Positions 29,305 to 38,672 of a DNA stretch of 64,000 bases are shown here, one piece after another (the first letter of the stretch is position 1; each line of letters begins with the position of its first letter). This DNA is from Alphaproteobacteria bacterium (GTDB lineage Bacteria; Pseudomonadota; Alphaproteobacteria; UBA828). Made by a program: the position numbers and the translations under genes. The DNA lies in contig CAXXVO010000002.1 of NCBI GenBank assembly GCA_963422645.2, positions 64,001 to 128,000 on the forward strand, in the 5' to 3' direction. Under the pieces are notes generated by a model that made no database searches, was not told the DNA's origin, and worked only from the letters and a program-made list of their open reading frames with translations.

Positions 29305-30080
29305 TGGGCGAAGAACGCTTCGGTAATGATGTAGTTGAAGATCAGCACCAGGATCGCGCCGGTCACGACAGCGTTGGTGGTGGCCTTGCCCACGCCCTGG
29401 GCGCCACCCTTGGAGTGGAAGCCGTGGTAGCAGCCCATCAGCGCGATCAGGTATCCGAAGACGGCGGCTTTGACGACGCCCGAAGCCACGTCCATTACTT
29501 CCAGATATTCGAGGGTGTTGTTGATATAGGCATCCGGGTTAAAGCCGAGCTTGAAGACGCTCACCAGATAGCCACCGCCCACGCCGATGATGTCGGTGAC
29601 GATGACCAGGAACGGGAGCATCAGAAAGCCGGCGACGAGGCGCGGCACGATCAGGTACTTGTGCGGATTGGTGGACAGCGTGGTGAGCGCGTCGATCTGT
29701 TCGGTGACCCGCATGGTGCCGATTTCCGCCGCCATCGCGGCGCCGACCCGGCCCGCGACCATGAGCCCAGCCAGCACCGGCCCGAGCTCGCGGGTGATCG
29801 AGAGCACCACGACGGTGGGGATCGTGCTCTCGGCCGAGAAGCGGGAGAAGCCGGTGTAGCTCTGCAGCGCCAGCACCATGCCGGCAAAGAGGCCGGTCAG
29901 CCCCACCACCGGCAGCGAGTAGAAGCCGATCTCGACCATCTGGCGCAGGAGAAGGCGCGGATAGAAGGGTGGCCTCGCGCAGTGCGAGGTTGCTTCGAGC
30001 GCGAAGAGGGAGAGCCGCCCGATGGCCCCGAACAGCGCCAGGACGCCATGGCCGATCGCCTGTAGCGGATTGCTCTTCAC
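29301..30080 (-). CDS. mlaE: Mla/Ttg2 ABC permease
   Basis: RELGPVLAGL, AEIGTMRVTEQIDAL, GVGKATT; start taken at GTG 30080 (uncertain). Confidence 0.9.
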   Translation of the reverse strand: MKSNPLQAIGHGVLALFGAIGRLSLFALEATSHCARPPFYPRLLLRQMVEIGFYSLPVVGLTGLFAGMVLALQSYTGFSRFSAESTIPTVVVLSITRELGPVLAGLMVAGRVGAAMAAEIGTMRVTEQIDALTTLSTNPHKYLIVPRLVAGFLMLPFLVIVTDIIGVGGGYLVSVFKLGFNPDAYINNTLEYLEVMDVASGVVKAAVFGYLIALMGCYHGFHSKGGAQGVGKATTNAVVTGAILVLIFNYIITEAFFAQ

Positions 30081-30225
30081 GCAGCGTTCCCGTTGATGAC
30101 GCCTCCGGGCCGACCCGCCCTGGCTGCGACTCGGCGCCAAGCGCGGGGAACTCTAGTCAACGAGTCGGCTGCGGTAAACGCGTTGAGGCCGAATGCCTTT
30201 CTTCTGCTCAAGCGGGTTTCGATCC

Positions 30226-31722
30226 TCAGAATGGCGGATCGTCCCCCGCCTCATGCATTCTGTCGAGGTTGTCGAATTTGGTCAGCAACGCGTTGAAGTG
30301 GAGCTCCACCTTGCCAATCGGCCCATGGCGCTGCTTGGCGATGATGACTTCGGCCTTGTTGTGGACCTTGTCCATCTTCTCCTGCCACTCGGCATGGTCG
30401 GCGGTGCCCTCTTCCGGCTCCTTGCGCCCGAGGTAGTACTGCTCGCGGTAGATGAACATGACCACGTCCGCGTCCTGCTCGATGGAGCCCGACTCGCGCA
30501 GATCCGCGAGCTGGGGCCGCTTGTCGTCGCGTTGCTCCACGGCACGGCTGAGCTGCGCCACCGCGAGCACCGGCAGGTTGAGGTCCTTGGCGAGCGCCTT
30601 GAGTCCCTGGGTCACCTCGGAGACCTCCTGGACGCGGTTGTTGAGCCGCATGCTCGTGGTCGGGCGCAAGAGCTGCAGGTAGTCGACCACGATCATCGAG
30701 ATGCCGTGGCGGCGCTTGAGGCGGCGGGCGCGGGCGCGCAGGCCCGCGATGGTGAGCGCGGGCGAATCGTCGATGAAGAGCGGCAGCGCCTCCATTGACT
30801 GGCTCGCGCGGACGATCCTGACGAAGTCGGCGTCGCGCACCTCGCCGCGCCGGAGCTTGTCGGACGAAATTTCAGTCTGCTCGGCGAGGATCCGTGTCGC
30901 AAGCTGCTCGGCCGACATCTCGAGGGAGAAGAAAGCGGCCTTGGCGCCATCGGGCGACTGTGTGCCATCCGGCCCCTCCCCGCCGGCACTGAAGCGCGAT
31001 GCGGCGTTGAAGGCAATGTTGGTGGCAAGCGCCGTCTTTCCCATGCCGGGTCGCCCGGCCAGGATGATGAGGTCGGAGGCGTGCAAGCCGCCCAGCAGGC
31101 GGTCGAGATCGACGAAGCCGGTGGGCGCGCCGGTCAGCGGCCGGTCGCGTTTGTAGGCCTGCTCGATCATCTCAACCGCGCTGGCGAGCGGCGCGGCGAA
31201 CTGCTGCCCGCCCGGGTCGACCCGGCCCTCTTCGGCAAGCTGGTAGAGCCTGTGCTCCGCCCCCTCGATCTGCTCCGATGCCGGCTGGTCGAGCGGCCCG
31301 TCGTAGGCGTCGTTCACCACCTCCTCGCCGATGGTGACGAGAGAGCGTCGCAGCGCCAGGTCATGGATGGCTCGCCCATAGTGCTCGGCGTTGATCACCG
31401 TCACGGCGGAGCCGGCGAGCCTGGCCAAATACTGGCCGCCGCCGGCCTCCTCCAGCGCCTCGTCTCGCTCGAAATAGTGCTTGAGAGTCACGGGGTTGGC
31501 GATCTGCCCGCGCTCGACCATGCGCAAGATGGCGTCGTAGATGCGGCCATGCACCGGCAGGAAGAAATGCTCCGGCAGCAGGAAGGCGCCGACCAGGCTG
31601 GTGGCCTCGTTGTTGACGAGCAGCGCGCCGAGCAGCGCCTGTTCGGCTTCCAGGTTGCTGGGCGGCGAGCGGTAGCCCGGCGTCTCGGCCGACGCCTCTT
31701 GGAGGGGGATTCGAGTGGCCAT
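30226..31722 (-). CDS. dnaB: Replicative DNA helicase
   Basis: EAEQALLG, GRPGMGKT, FSLEMS, VDYLQL, DLRESGSIEQDAD, KQRHGP; no intein. Confidence 0.97.
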   Translation of the reverse strand: MATRIPLQEASAETPGYRSPPSNLEAEQALLGALLVNNEATSLVGAFLLPEHFFLPVHGRIYDAILRMVERGQIANPVTLKHYFERDEALEEAGGGQYLARLAGSAVTVINAEHYGRAIHDLALRRSLVTIGEEVVNDAYDGPLDQPASEQIEGAEHRLYQLAEEGRVDPGGQQFAAPLASAVEMIEQAYKRDRPLTGAPTGFVDLDRLLGGLHASDLIILAGRPGMGKTALATNIAFNAASRFSAGGEGPDGTQSPDGAKAAFFSLEMSAEQLATRILAEQTEISSDKLRRGEVRDADFVRIVRASQSMEALPLFIDDSPALTIAGLRARARRLKRRHGISMIVVDYLQLLRPTTSMRLNNRVQEVSEVTQGLKALAKDLNLPVLAVAQLSRAVEQRDDKRPQLADLRESGSIEQDADVVMFIYREQYYLGRKEPEEGTADHAEWQEKMDKVHNKAEVIIAKQRHGPIGKVELHFNALLTKFDNLDRMHEAGDDPPF

Positions 31723-31799
31723 CAACGCACTATGACATGTACGTGACGGGCGGCTCTACGCAGCTCCGCCCGTGAAAATCGGGGAAATCGGGGAAATTC

Positions 31800-33688
31800 G
31801 TAACTGCCCAGGTCGTCTGATTTGTCATTTTGGGCCAGTGGATTGAGGCGTTTCTCGTTCGGAGTTGGTGGAAAGGGCTTGACGGGAATTTCGGGAAATG
31901 ACTCAACAACGACATGAGCAATCCCGAGTCGCCGCGCGGCCCTTCGACGGGAGCAGCGCCCGAAACGCCCGCGCAGAAGATCGCCCGCCTGGAGGAGGAG
32001 AACGCCCGGCTTCGGGAGGAAAATGCCTGGCTTCGGCAGCAGAACGCGCGGCTGGAAGAGCAAGTCGCGCGTCTCGTCGAGCGCATCGAGGAGTTGGAGC
32101 GCCGTCTCGGCCTCAACAGCGGCAACAGCGGCAAGCCGCCTTCGAGCGATGGGCTGAGGAAGCCGAATTCGAAGCGGCGAACCCGAAGCCTGCGCGGCAA
32201 ATCGGGCCGCAAGCCCGGTGGCCAGCCCGGCCACAAGGGCAAGACGCTGCGCCGCGCCGATCACCCGGATCGGGTGAAGGATCACGTCCCGGCTTCCTGC
32301 AAGGGATGCGGTTCGCCGCTTTCGGACGCGGCCAGGGCGGGAACGCCCGTCGCCCGCCAGGTGTTCGATCTGCCCGAGCCGAGCCCCCTGGAGGTGACCG
32401 AGCACCGGGCGCATGCCAAGTGCTGCGGGCATTGCGGGACGGTGACCCGGGCGGCGTTCCCCGACGGGGTGTCGGCGCCGGTGCAGTACGGCCCGCGCAT
32501 TGCCGGGGTGGCGGTCTACCTTCAGCACGCTCACTTCCTGCCGGAGGATCGGCTGTCGCAGGTGATGGCCGAGCTCTTCGGCGCGCCGGTGACGGCTGCG
32601 ACGTTGGCGACGATGAGCGAGAGGGCGGCCGAGCGGCTTGCGGGACGCGGCCTTGCACATACAGGACCTGGCGGCGGGCACGGCGCGGGTGAAACACATG
32701 GACGAGACCGGCTTGCGGATCGGCGGTCAGACGCAGTGGCTTCATGTGATCTGCACGCCGCTGCTGGCGGCGTACCGGGTCAGCGGCAAGCGCGGCGCCC
32801 TGCTCTCGGGTGTCTCCGGCATCGTCGTGCACGATCACTGGAAGCCGTACTTCGCGATGGAAGGGGTGGAGCACGGCCTGTGCAACGCCCATCACCTGCG
32901 GGAGTTGCAGGCGCTGGTGGACATCGAAGGGGAGGCTTGGGCCCGGCGGATGCAGCAGCTCCTGCGCCGAGCCAATCGCGCCGCCCGCATCGCGCTGGAC
33001 AAGGATATCGCCGTTCCGGCGAGGCTTGTGGCGCTGATCGAGCGCCGATACGACGAGATCATCGCCGATGCGCTGGCCTTTCACGAGAGCCAACCACCGT
33101 TCTCGCCTGGCAAGAGGAAGAAGCGCCGGAAGCGAAGGATCGGTCACAATCTGGCCTTGAGGCTGCGCGACCACAAATGCGCGGTGCTCCGGTTCCTGAT
33201 CGACCTCGAGGTCGGGTTCACGAACAACGAGGCCGAGCGCGACCTTCGGATGATGAAGCTGCGCCAGAAGATCTCCGGGGGCTTCCGGTCCGCGCAGGGG
33301 GCCGAGAACTTCGCCATCCTGCGCAGCGTCATCACCACCGCCAGAAAGCAGGGCTGGAATATCATCGAAGCCCTGACCAGCCCATCGGATCGGCTCATCG
33401 CCACCGTCAAGTGCGCGTAAGCTCACCTGGCACGGGTTCTCCAACAGCGGAGCCATTCTCATAAACGATCATGGTCGACGCCGTGCTGGACCACCCCATA
33501 GAATGAAAATCGGTGCCCGTCGCGCGGGCGGACTTCGGGCCACATCGGGGTAGCTTACCGGTCGCAGTCCGCAAGAGGGGCATCGTGAGCTGTGAAACCC
33601 GGCGACCCCAGAGGAGCACACGGGCGTCGCGTGGGTAGCGTTGTGCCGAATCCCAGAGAATTTTCACAGCAAGAACCTGGGCAGTTAC
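31800..33688 (+). mobile_element. IS66-family element, copy 3, 1889 bp
   Basis: GTAACTGCCCAGG...CCTGGGCAGTTAC; TSD GGAAATTC at 31792-31799 and 33689-33696. Confidence 0.95.
31914..33420 (+). pseudogene. tnpC: IS66 transposase, same +1 frameshift as copy 1 (32638-32639)
   Basis: CGGCTTGCGG versus CGGCTGCGG in copy 2. Confidence 0.9.
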
Positions 33689-33712
33689 GGAAATTCTCTT
33701 TACACGTATTCC

Positions 33713-33796
33713 TTATTCACAGGATCTCGGTTAAGGGAGAAACCGTCGAAACCGTGACTTCTCGGGGGTTTCGGCTGTGGGCAACTCTGTGGAAAA
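33713..33796. promoter_or_regulatory. DnaA-box cluster originally upstream of dnaB
   Basis: TTATTCACA 33713-33721 (consensus), TGTGGAAAA 33788-33796, degenerate TGTGGGCAA 33776-33784. Confidence 0.6.
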
Positions 33797-33829
33797 CGGA
33801 TTGAGACCGACCTGCGGGGCTTTGCCCGC

Positions 33830-35044
33830 TCAGGCGGCGTGGGCGCGCTCCCAGTCCACCATGTAGTCGCGGGTCAGCGGCGCCGCGTCCTGGCGCCGGG
33901 CAAGCTGAATCTGGGCCACCATGTGGTCCTGATGACGGAACGCAGCCTCGGACCCGGCGAGGTAGAACTCCCACATCCGGCAGAAGCGCTCGTCATAGAC
34001 CGCCTTCACCCGCTCACGGCTCGCCTGGAAGTTGCGCGACCAGTGCTTAAGCGTATCGGCGTAGTGCAGGCGCAGCATTTCCACGTCGAGGGACTTCAGG
34101 CCGGTCTGCTCCAGCGCGGCAAACACCTCGGAGAGCGAGGGGCAATAGCCACCGGGGAAGATGTACTTGCGCAGCCACGGATTGGTGACGCTCGGCCCGT
34201 CCCAACGGGCGATGGTGTGGAGCAGCGCGACGCCATCCTTTTTGAGTAGCCGCTCCAACTTGCGGAAGAACTCGACGTAGTGCTTGACCCCCACGTGCTC
34301 GAACATGCCGACTGAGACGATCCGGTCGTAGGTGCCGGCATCCTCGCGATAGTCGCGAAGATGAAAGGTCACGTGATCCTGGATGCCTAGATCCTTGGCG
34401 CGCGCTGAGGCGTAGGCCTGCTGCTCGCGCGAGAGCGTGAGCCCGGTCACCGAAGCGCCGGCCTCCTTATGCAGGTAGATGCCGAGGCCGCCCCAGCCCG
34501 AGCCGATGTCGAGCACGCTGAGACCGGGGCGGTCGAGCAGCAGCTTCGACGCGAGGTGACGCTTCTTGGCGTGCTGAGCCTGCTCCAACGAGTGATTGGG
34601 CGTATCGAAGTAGGCGCAGGAATACTGGCGGTCCGAGTCGAGGAAGAGGTCGTAGAGGTCGTCCGAGAGATCGTAGTGATGGGCCACGTTCTGCCGGGCA
34701 CGGCCGATCGGATTGTGCTGCTGCAGCGGGCGAACCCATTGCACGAGCCAGTTGCGCGCCTTGACCACCGTGTTCTCGTCGAGCAAATGGATGTTCTCGC
34801 CGACCAGGTGCAGGAAGTCGCGGATGGTGGCGTCGTCCTCCAGCGTCAGTGTGCCGTCCATGTAGGCTTCGCCGACGGCGAGGCGCGGGTTCCACAGCAG
34901 CTTCCAGTGGAGGGAGCGGTCGTGTAGGCGGATCGCTACCGTTGGCCCCGGCTCGCCTGCGAAGGTGTGGAGCTTGCCCCGCGCATCGAACACGCGCAGC
35001 GTACCCCGCCTCATCAATGTCCTGAACAGGGGCGCGACCAGCAT
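33830..35044 (-). CDS. cfa: Cyclopropane-fatty-acyl-phospholipid synthase family methyltransferase
   Basis: NVAHHYDL, QYSCAYF, LDIGSGWG, SVGMFEHVG, KYIFPGG, RMWEFYL. Confidence 0.9.
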   Translation of the reverse strand: MLVAPLFRTLMRRGTLRVFDARGKLHTFAGEPGPTVAIRLHDRSLHWKLLWNPRLAVGEAYMDGTLTLEDDATIRDFLHLVGENIHLLDENTVVKARNWLVQWVRPLQQHNPIGRARQNVAHHYDLSDDLYDLFLDSDRQYSCAYFDTPNHSLEQAQHAKKRHLASKLLLDRPGLSVLDIGSGWGGLGIYLHKEAGASVTGLTLSREQQAYASARAKDLGIQDHVTFHLRDYREDAGTYDRIVSVGMFEHVGVKHYVEFFRKLERLLKKDGVALLHTIARWDGPSVTNPWLRKYIFPGGYCPSLSEVFAALEQTGLKSLDVEMLRLHYADTLKHWSRNFQASRERVKAVYDERFCRMWEFYLAGSEAAFRHQDHMVAQIQLARRQDAAPLTRDYMVDWERAHAA

Positions 35045-35099
35045 GGCAGAAAGCCTCGAGTCTTGGGTCTAGGCGCTGGGGGAGCCTTCGTCCTTGGGC

Positions 35100-35720
35100 T
35101 CATCCGCGCCGCCGTCCGCTTCGTTCATTTACGGCAGTCTCGTCCTCTGCCGCTGCAGCGGCCGCCTCCGAAGCGTCGTCGGCATCGTCCGCGATCCCCT
35201 CTGCCGCGACCTCTTCGTCGGCGTCTTCATCCTCGTCGAGGATGGTACCACCGCGGGCCTGAATCTCCGCCTCCTCGGGCGATCGGGCAACGTTGACCTT
35301 GACCGTCACCGTCACCTCCGGGTGGAGCGCGATTCGCACATCGTGCACGCCAAGCGACTTGATGGGGCGGTCCAATCGCACCTGCTGGCGCCTGACCTCG
35401 GCGCCGCGCTCGGCCATCGCCTCGGCGACATCGCGCGCGTTGACGGAGCCGTAGAGTTGCAGCGTGTCGCTCGCCTGGCGGATGAGGATGATGCTCTCGC
35501 CCTCAAGCCGCGTGGCGGCAGAGCTGGCGGCGTCGCGCCGGTCGCCGTTCAGCTGCTCCAGCGCCTCGCGCTCCCGCTCGAAGCGCGCCATGTTCTCGGG
35601 TGTGGCCCGAAGGGCCTTCTTGCGGGGCAGCAGAAAGTTGCGGGCGTAGCCGTCCTTCACCCCGACGACATCGCCCATCCCGCCGAGCTTCTCGATCCTC
35701 TCGAGCAAGATGATTTCCAT
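35100..35720 (-). CDS. rplI: 50S ribosomal protein L9
   Basis: VKDGYARNFLLP, LYGSV. Confidence 0.97.
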   Translation of the reverse strand: MEIILLERIEKLGGMGDVVGVKDGYARNFLLPRKKALRATPENMARFEREREALEQLNGDRRDAASSAATRLEGESIILIRQASDTLQLYGSVNARDVAEAMAERGAEVRRQQVRLDRPIKSLGVHDVRIALHPEVTVTVKVNVARSPEEAEIQARGGTILDEDEDADEEVAAEGIADDADDASEAAAAAAEDETAVNERSGRRRG

Positions 35721-35789
35721 AACCCCGTTCCTCGCTTGGCGGATCGCCCGGCCAGCAGCACCGGTGCCGGGCGAAGACCGGCTGTCCGA

Positions 35790-36173
35790 CTACTTGATGA
35801 CGTAAGGCAACAGCGCCAGGTGACGCGCCCGCTTGATCGCCCGTGCAAGCTCCCGCTGCTTCTTGGCCGAGACTGCGGTGATGCGGCTCGGCACGATCTT
35901 GCCCCGCTCCGAAAGGAAGCGCTGAAGCAGTTTTACGTCCCGATAGTCAATCTTCGGCGCATTGGGTCCGCTGAAGGGGCACGACTTCTTGCGGCGAAAG
36001 AAGGGCCGCCGCGGGAACGAAACCATCGGCACGCCTCCGCCGCCGCGTCCACCACCCGGCCCGCCGTGACGCGGTCCGCCGAAGGGATGCTGCCGGCGGC
36101 TGTCGTCGCCTGGCCCGGGTCGGCTTGCACCGGCGGGCTGCGACCCGCTCTCGGTCCGTTCGCCTTCAACCAT
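35790..36173 (-). CDS. rpsR: 30S ribosomal protein S18 with Gly-rich N-terminal extension
   Basis: [38 protein letters not shown]. Confidence 0.95.
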   Translation of the reverse strand: MVEGERTESGSQPAGASRPGPGDDSRRQHPFGGPRHGGPGGGRGGGGVPMVSFPRRPFFRRKKSCPFSGPNAPKIDYRDVKLLQRFLSERGKIVPSRITAVSAKKQRELARAIKRARHLALLPYVIK

Positions 36174-36711
36174 CGCTCTTCTCCTCGGCGCCGCTGCTGC
36201 CCGCCTCGCCCCCGCCTACCGCGTCGCTCGCGGCGGGCTCGCTCGCAGCCTCCTTGGCACTTGCATCGGCAGCCGGCGCGGCGTCCTTACGCTGAGCACG
36301 CTCGCCGTCTCCCTCCCGGCGGCGACCCTCGCCGTCATCGTCCCGGCGGCGACCCTCCCACCGTCCGCCGCGGCCTCCACGGCCGCGGCCGCGCGACTGG
36401 GTGAGCGGCGCCGGGTTGGGGTCGTGCTCGTCCACCCGCACCGTCAGGTAGCGGATGACGTCCTCGTTGATGCGCATCGTGCGCTCCATCGAGTCGATCG
36501 CTTCCGCCGGCGCATCGATGTTCATGAAGTAGTAGTGGCCCTTGCGGTTCTTCTTGATGCGGTACGCAAGGCTGCGCAGCCCCCAATACTCGGTCTTGGC
36601 GATCTCGCCACCGGCCTCCGTCAGGATCTCGCGAAACTGTTCGGCCAGGCCGTCCACCTGTTGGGACGAGATGTCGGGACGCGCGATAAACGTGCTCTCG
36701 TAGAGCGGCAT
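36166..36711 (-). CDS. rpsF: 30S ribosomal protein S6 with long C-terminal tail
   Basis: [33 protein letters not shown]; AGGAG SD. Confidence 0.97.
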   Translation of the reverse strand: MPLYESTFIARPDISSQQVDGLAEQFREILTEAGGEIAKTEYWGLRSLAYRIKKNRKGHYYFMNIDAPAEAIDSMERTMRINEDVIRYLTVRVDEHDPNPAPLTQSRGRGRGGRGGRWEGRRRDDDGEGRRREGDGERAQRKDAAPAADASAKEAASEPAASDAVGGGEAGSSGAEEKSDG

Positions 36712-36823
36712 GCGGCGCTGTTCTCCTGAGTATCGGTCGCGGCACGTAACAGGTCCCCCGCCCCGCTCCAACGGGGCGGCAGACCCAGGCGGCGGACTAT
36801 ACATCATCATTCATGCATCGCAA
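36712..36823 (-). promoter_or_regulatory. rpsF promoter and structured leader (possible S6:S18 autoregulatory element)
   Basis: TTGCGA-16-TATAGT; CCTGGGT can pair with ACTCAGG overlapping the SD; inner CCGCCCCG/CGGGGCGG hairpin. Confidence 0.45.
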
Positions 36824-36916
36824 GCAGTGCTGCGGCCCGTTCGCTTGACAGGTCTCGGGCTGCGTGGTGAGTAGCGGCGCGCAAGTTGGGCTTGCGAGAG
36901 CGCGAAAGTCCCCCAG

Positions 36917-37861
36917 ATGACGACGGCCATCATCTTTCCCGGACAGGGCTCGCAGCAGGTCGGCATGGGCCTGGACCTGCACGATGCCTTTCCGGCTGCC
37001 CGCGCCGTGTTTCAGGAGGTGGACGAGGCGCTCGGTGAGCCCCTCTCACGGCTGATGTTCGAAGGCGAGGAGAGCGAGCTCACGCTGACGCGGAACGCCC
37101 AGCCCGCGCTCATGGCGGTCTCGGTCGCAATCATTCGCGTGTTCGAAGAAGAGGGTGCTTGGCGGCTGTCCGATCGCGCAGCCTTCGTCGCCGGCCATTC
37201 GCTGGGCGAATACACGGCGCTCACCGCCGCGGGCTGCCTAGCGCTGGCCGACGCGGCGCGCCTGCTGCGCCTGCGGGGCGAAGCCATGCAACAGGCGGTG
37301 CCGGTGGGCGCAGGCGCCATGGCCGCGCTGCTCGGCGCCGGTCTCGCGCAGGCCGAGGCGATCGCGCAGGCGGCGGCCGAAGGCGAGGTTTGCGTCATCG
37401 GCAACGACAACGCGCCTGGCCAGGTCGTGGTTAGCGGCGCCGCGGCGGCGGTGGGGCGCGCGGTGGCGCTCGCGCCGGAACACGGCATCAAGCGCGCCGT
37501 GATGCTGCCGGTAAGCGCACCTTTCCACTCGCCGCTGCTGGCACCGGCGGCGGAGACTATGGCGACGGCGTTCGAGACGATCTCATTCAATCCGCTGGCC
37601 GTCCCGGTGGTCTCAAACGTGACCGCGCGCCGGATCCACGAGGCTTCCGACGTACCGGCGCTGCTGGTGCGCCAGGTGACGGCGATGGTGCGCTGGCGCG
37701 AGAGCGTGCTTCACATGGCGAGCGAGGGCGTGGATACGCTGATTGAGGTCGGCGCCGGCAAGGTGCTCACTGGGCTTGCGCGCCGCATCGACCGCGGATT
37801 GGGCGCGAGCGCAGTCGGAACGGTTGCAGACGTCGACGCCCTGTTGGGGCGGTCGGCATAG
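36917..37861 (+). CDS. fabD: Malonyl-CoA:ACP transacylase
   Basis: FPGQGSQ, GHSLGEY, SAPFHS. Confidence 0.96.
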   Translation: MTTAIIFPGQGSQQVGMGLDLHDAFPAARAVFQEVDEALGEPLSRLMFEGEESELTLTRNAQPALMAVSVAIIRVFEEEGAWRLSDRAAFVAGHSLGEYTALTAAGCLALADAARLLRLRGEAMQQAVPVGAGAMAALLGAGLAQAEAIAQAAAEGEVCVIGNDNAPGQVVVSGAAAAVGRAVALAPEHGIKRAVMLPVSAPFHSPLLAPAAETMATAFETISFNPLAVPVVSNVTARRIHEASDVPALLVRQVTAMVRWRESVLHMASEGVDTLIEVGAGKVLTGLARRIDRGLGASAVGTVADVDALLGRSA

Positions 37862-37902
37862 GCGGAACAGGCGCTACAGGCAGCAGCGGGGAGTGGCGAG
37901 GG

Positions 37903-38640
37903 ATGTTCGATCTGTCGGGAAAGGCGGCGCTGGTGACGGGGGCGTCCGGCGGCATCGGTGGCGCCATCGCCGAGGCCCTGCACCGCCAAGGGGCATCGGT
38001 GGCACTCTCTGGCCGGCGCGCGGAAGCACTGGAGGCGCTCGCCTCGAAGCTCGGGGAGGGGGCCCACGCGGTGCCCTGCGATCTCTCCGACCGCGATGCC
38101 CTTACAGCGCTGCCCGAGCGGGCGGCGGAGGCGCTGGGCGCACCCGCCATCCTGGTCCATTGCGGCGGGATCACCCGCGACGGGCTCGCGCTCCGCATGA
38201 AGGACGAAGACTGGCAGGAGGTGCTGGAAGTCAATCTCAGCGCCGGTTTCGTGCTCGCCCGCGCCTGCCTGCGCGGCATGATTCGCCAGCGCTGGGGACG
38301 GCTCATCTTCATCACCTCGGTGGTGGGGACGACCGGCAACGCCGGTCAGGCGAACTACGCAGCCTCCAAGGCCGGCCTCGCGGGCATGGTGAAGGCGCTC
38401 GCCGCCGAGACGGCCGCGCGCGGCGTCACCGCCAATTGTATTGCCCCCGGCTTTATCGAGACGGCAATGACCGACGCGCTGGCGGACGCGCAGAAAGAGG
38501 CGCTTCTTGGCACGATCCCGGCCGGGCGCTTCGGGGAGGGGAGCGATGTCGCCGCCGCCTGCGTCTACCTCGCGAGCGAGGAGGCCCGCTACGTCACCGG
38601 GCAGACGCTCCACGTCAACGGCGGCATGGCCATGATTTGA
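37903..38640 (+). CDS. fabG: 3-oxoacyl-ACP reductase
   Basis: TGASGGIG, GNAGQANYAASKAG, APGFIET, VNGGM. Confidence 0.93.
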   Translation: MFDLSGKAALVTGASGGIGGAIAEALHRQGASVALSGRRAEALEALASKLGEGAHAVPCDLSDRDALTALPERAAEALGAPAILVHCGGITRDGLALRMKDEDWQEVLEVNLSAGFVLARACLRGMIRQRWGRLIFITSVVGTTGNAGQANYAASKAGLAGMVKALAAETAARGVTANCIAPGFIETAMTDALADAQKEALLGTIPAGRFGEGSDVAAACVYLASEEARYVTGQTLHVNGGMAMI

Positions 38641-38672
38641 ACGCGGCGCGCGCCGACGGGCACTCAGTCTTC

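Noticed and set aside
30226-31722. Intein in DnaB
   Set aside because: Normal length and contiguous motifs.
33421-33675. Known riboswitch or group II intron domain V in the IS66 tail
   Set aside because: Cobalamin, TPP, glycine and domain V consensus motifs not found by eye.
33700-33810. Replication origin
   Set aside because: Only two to three DnaA boxes in about 100 bp, no clear unwinding element or origin-typical neighbours; better explained as a dnaB regulatory region.
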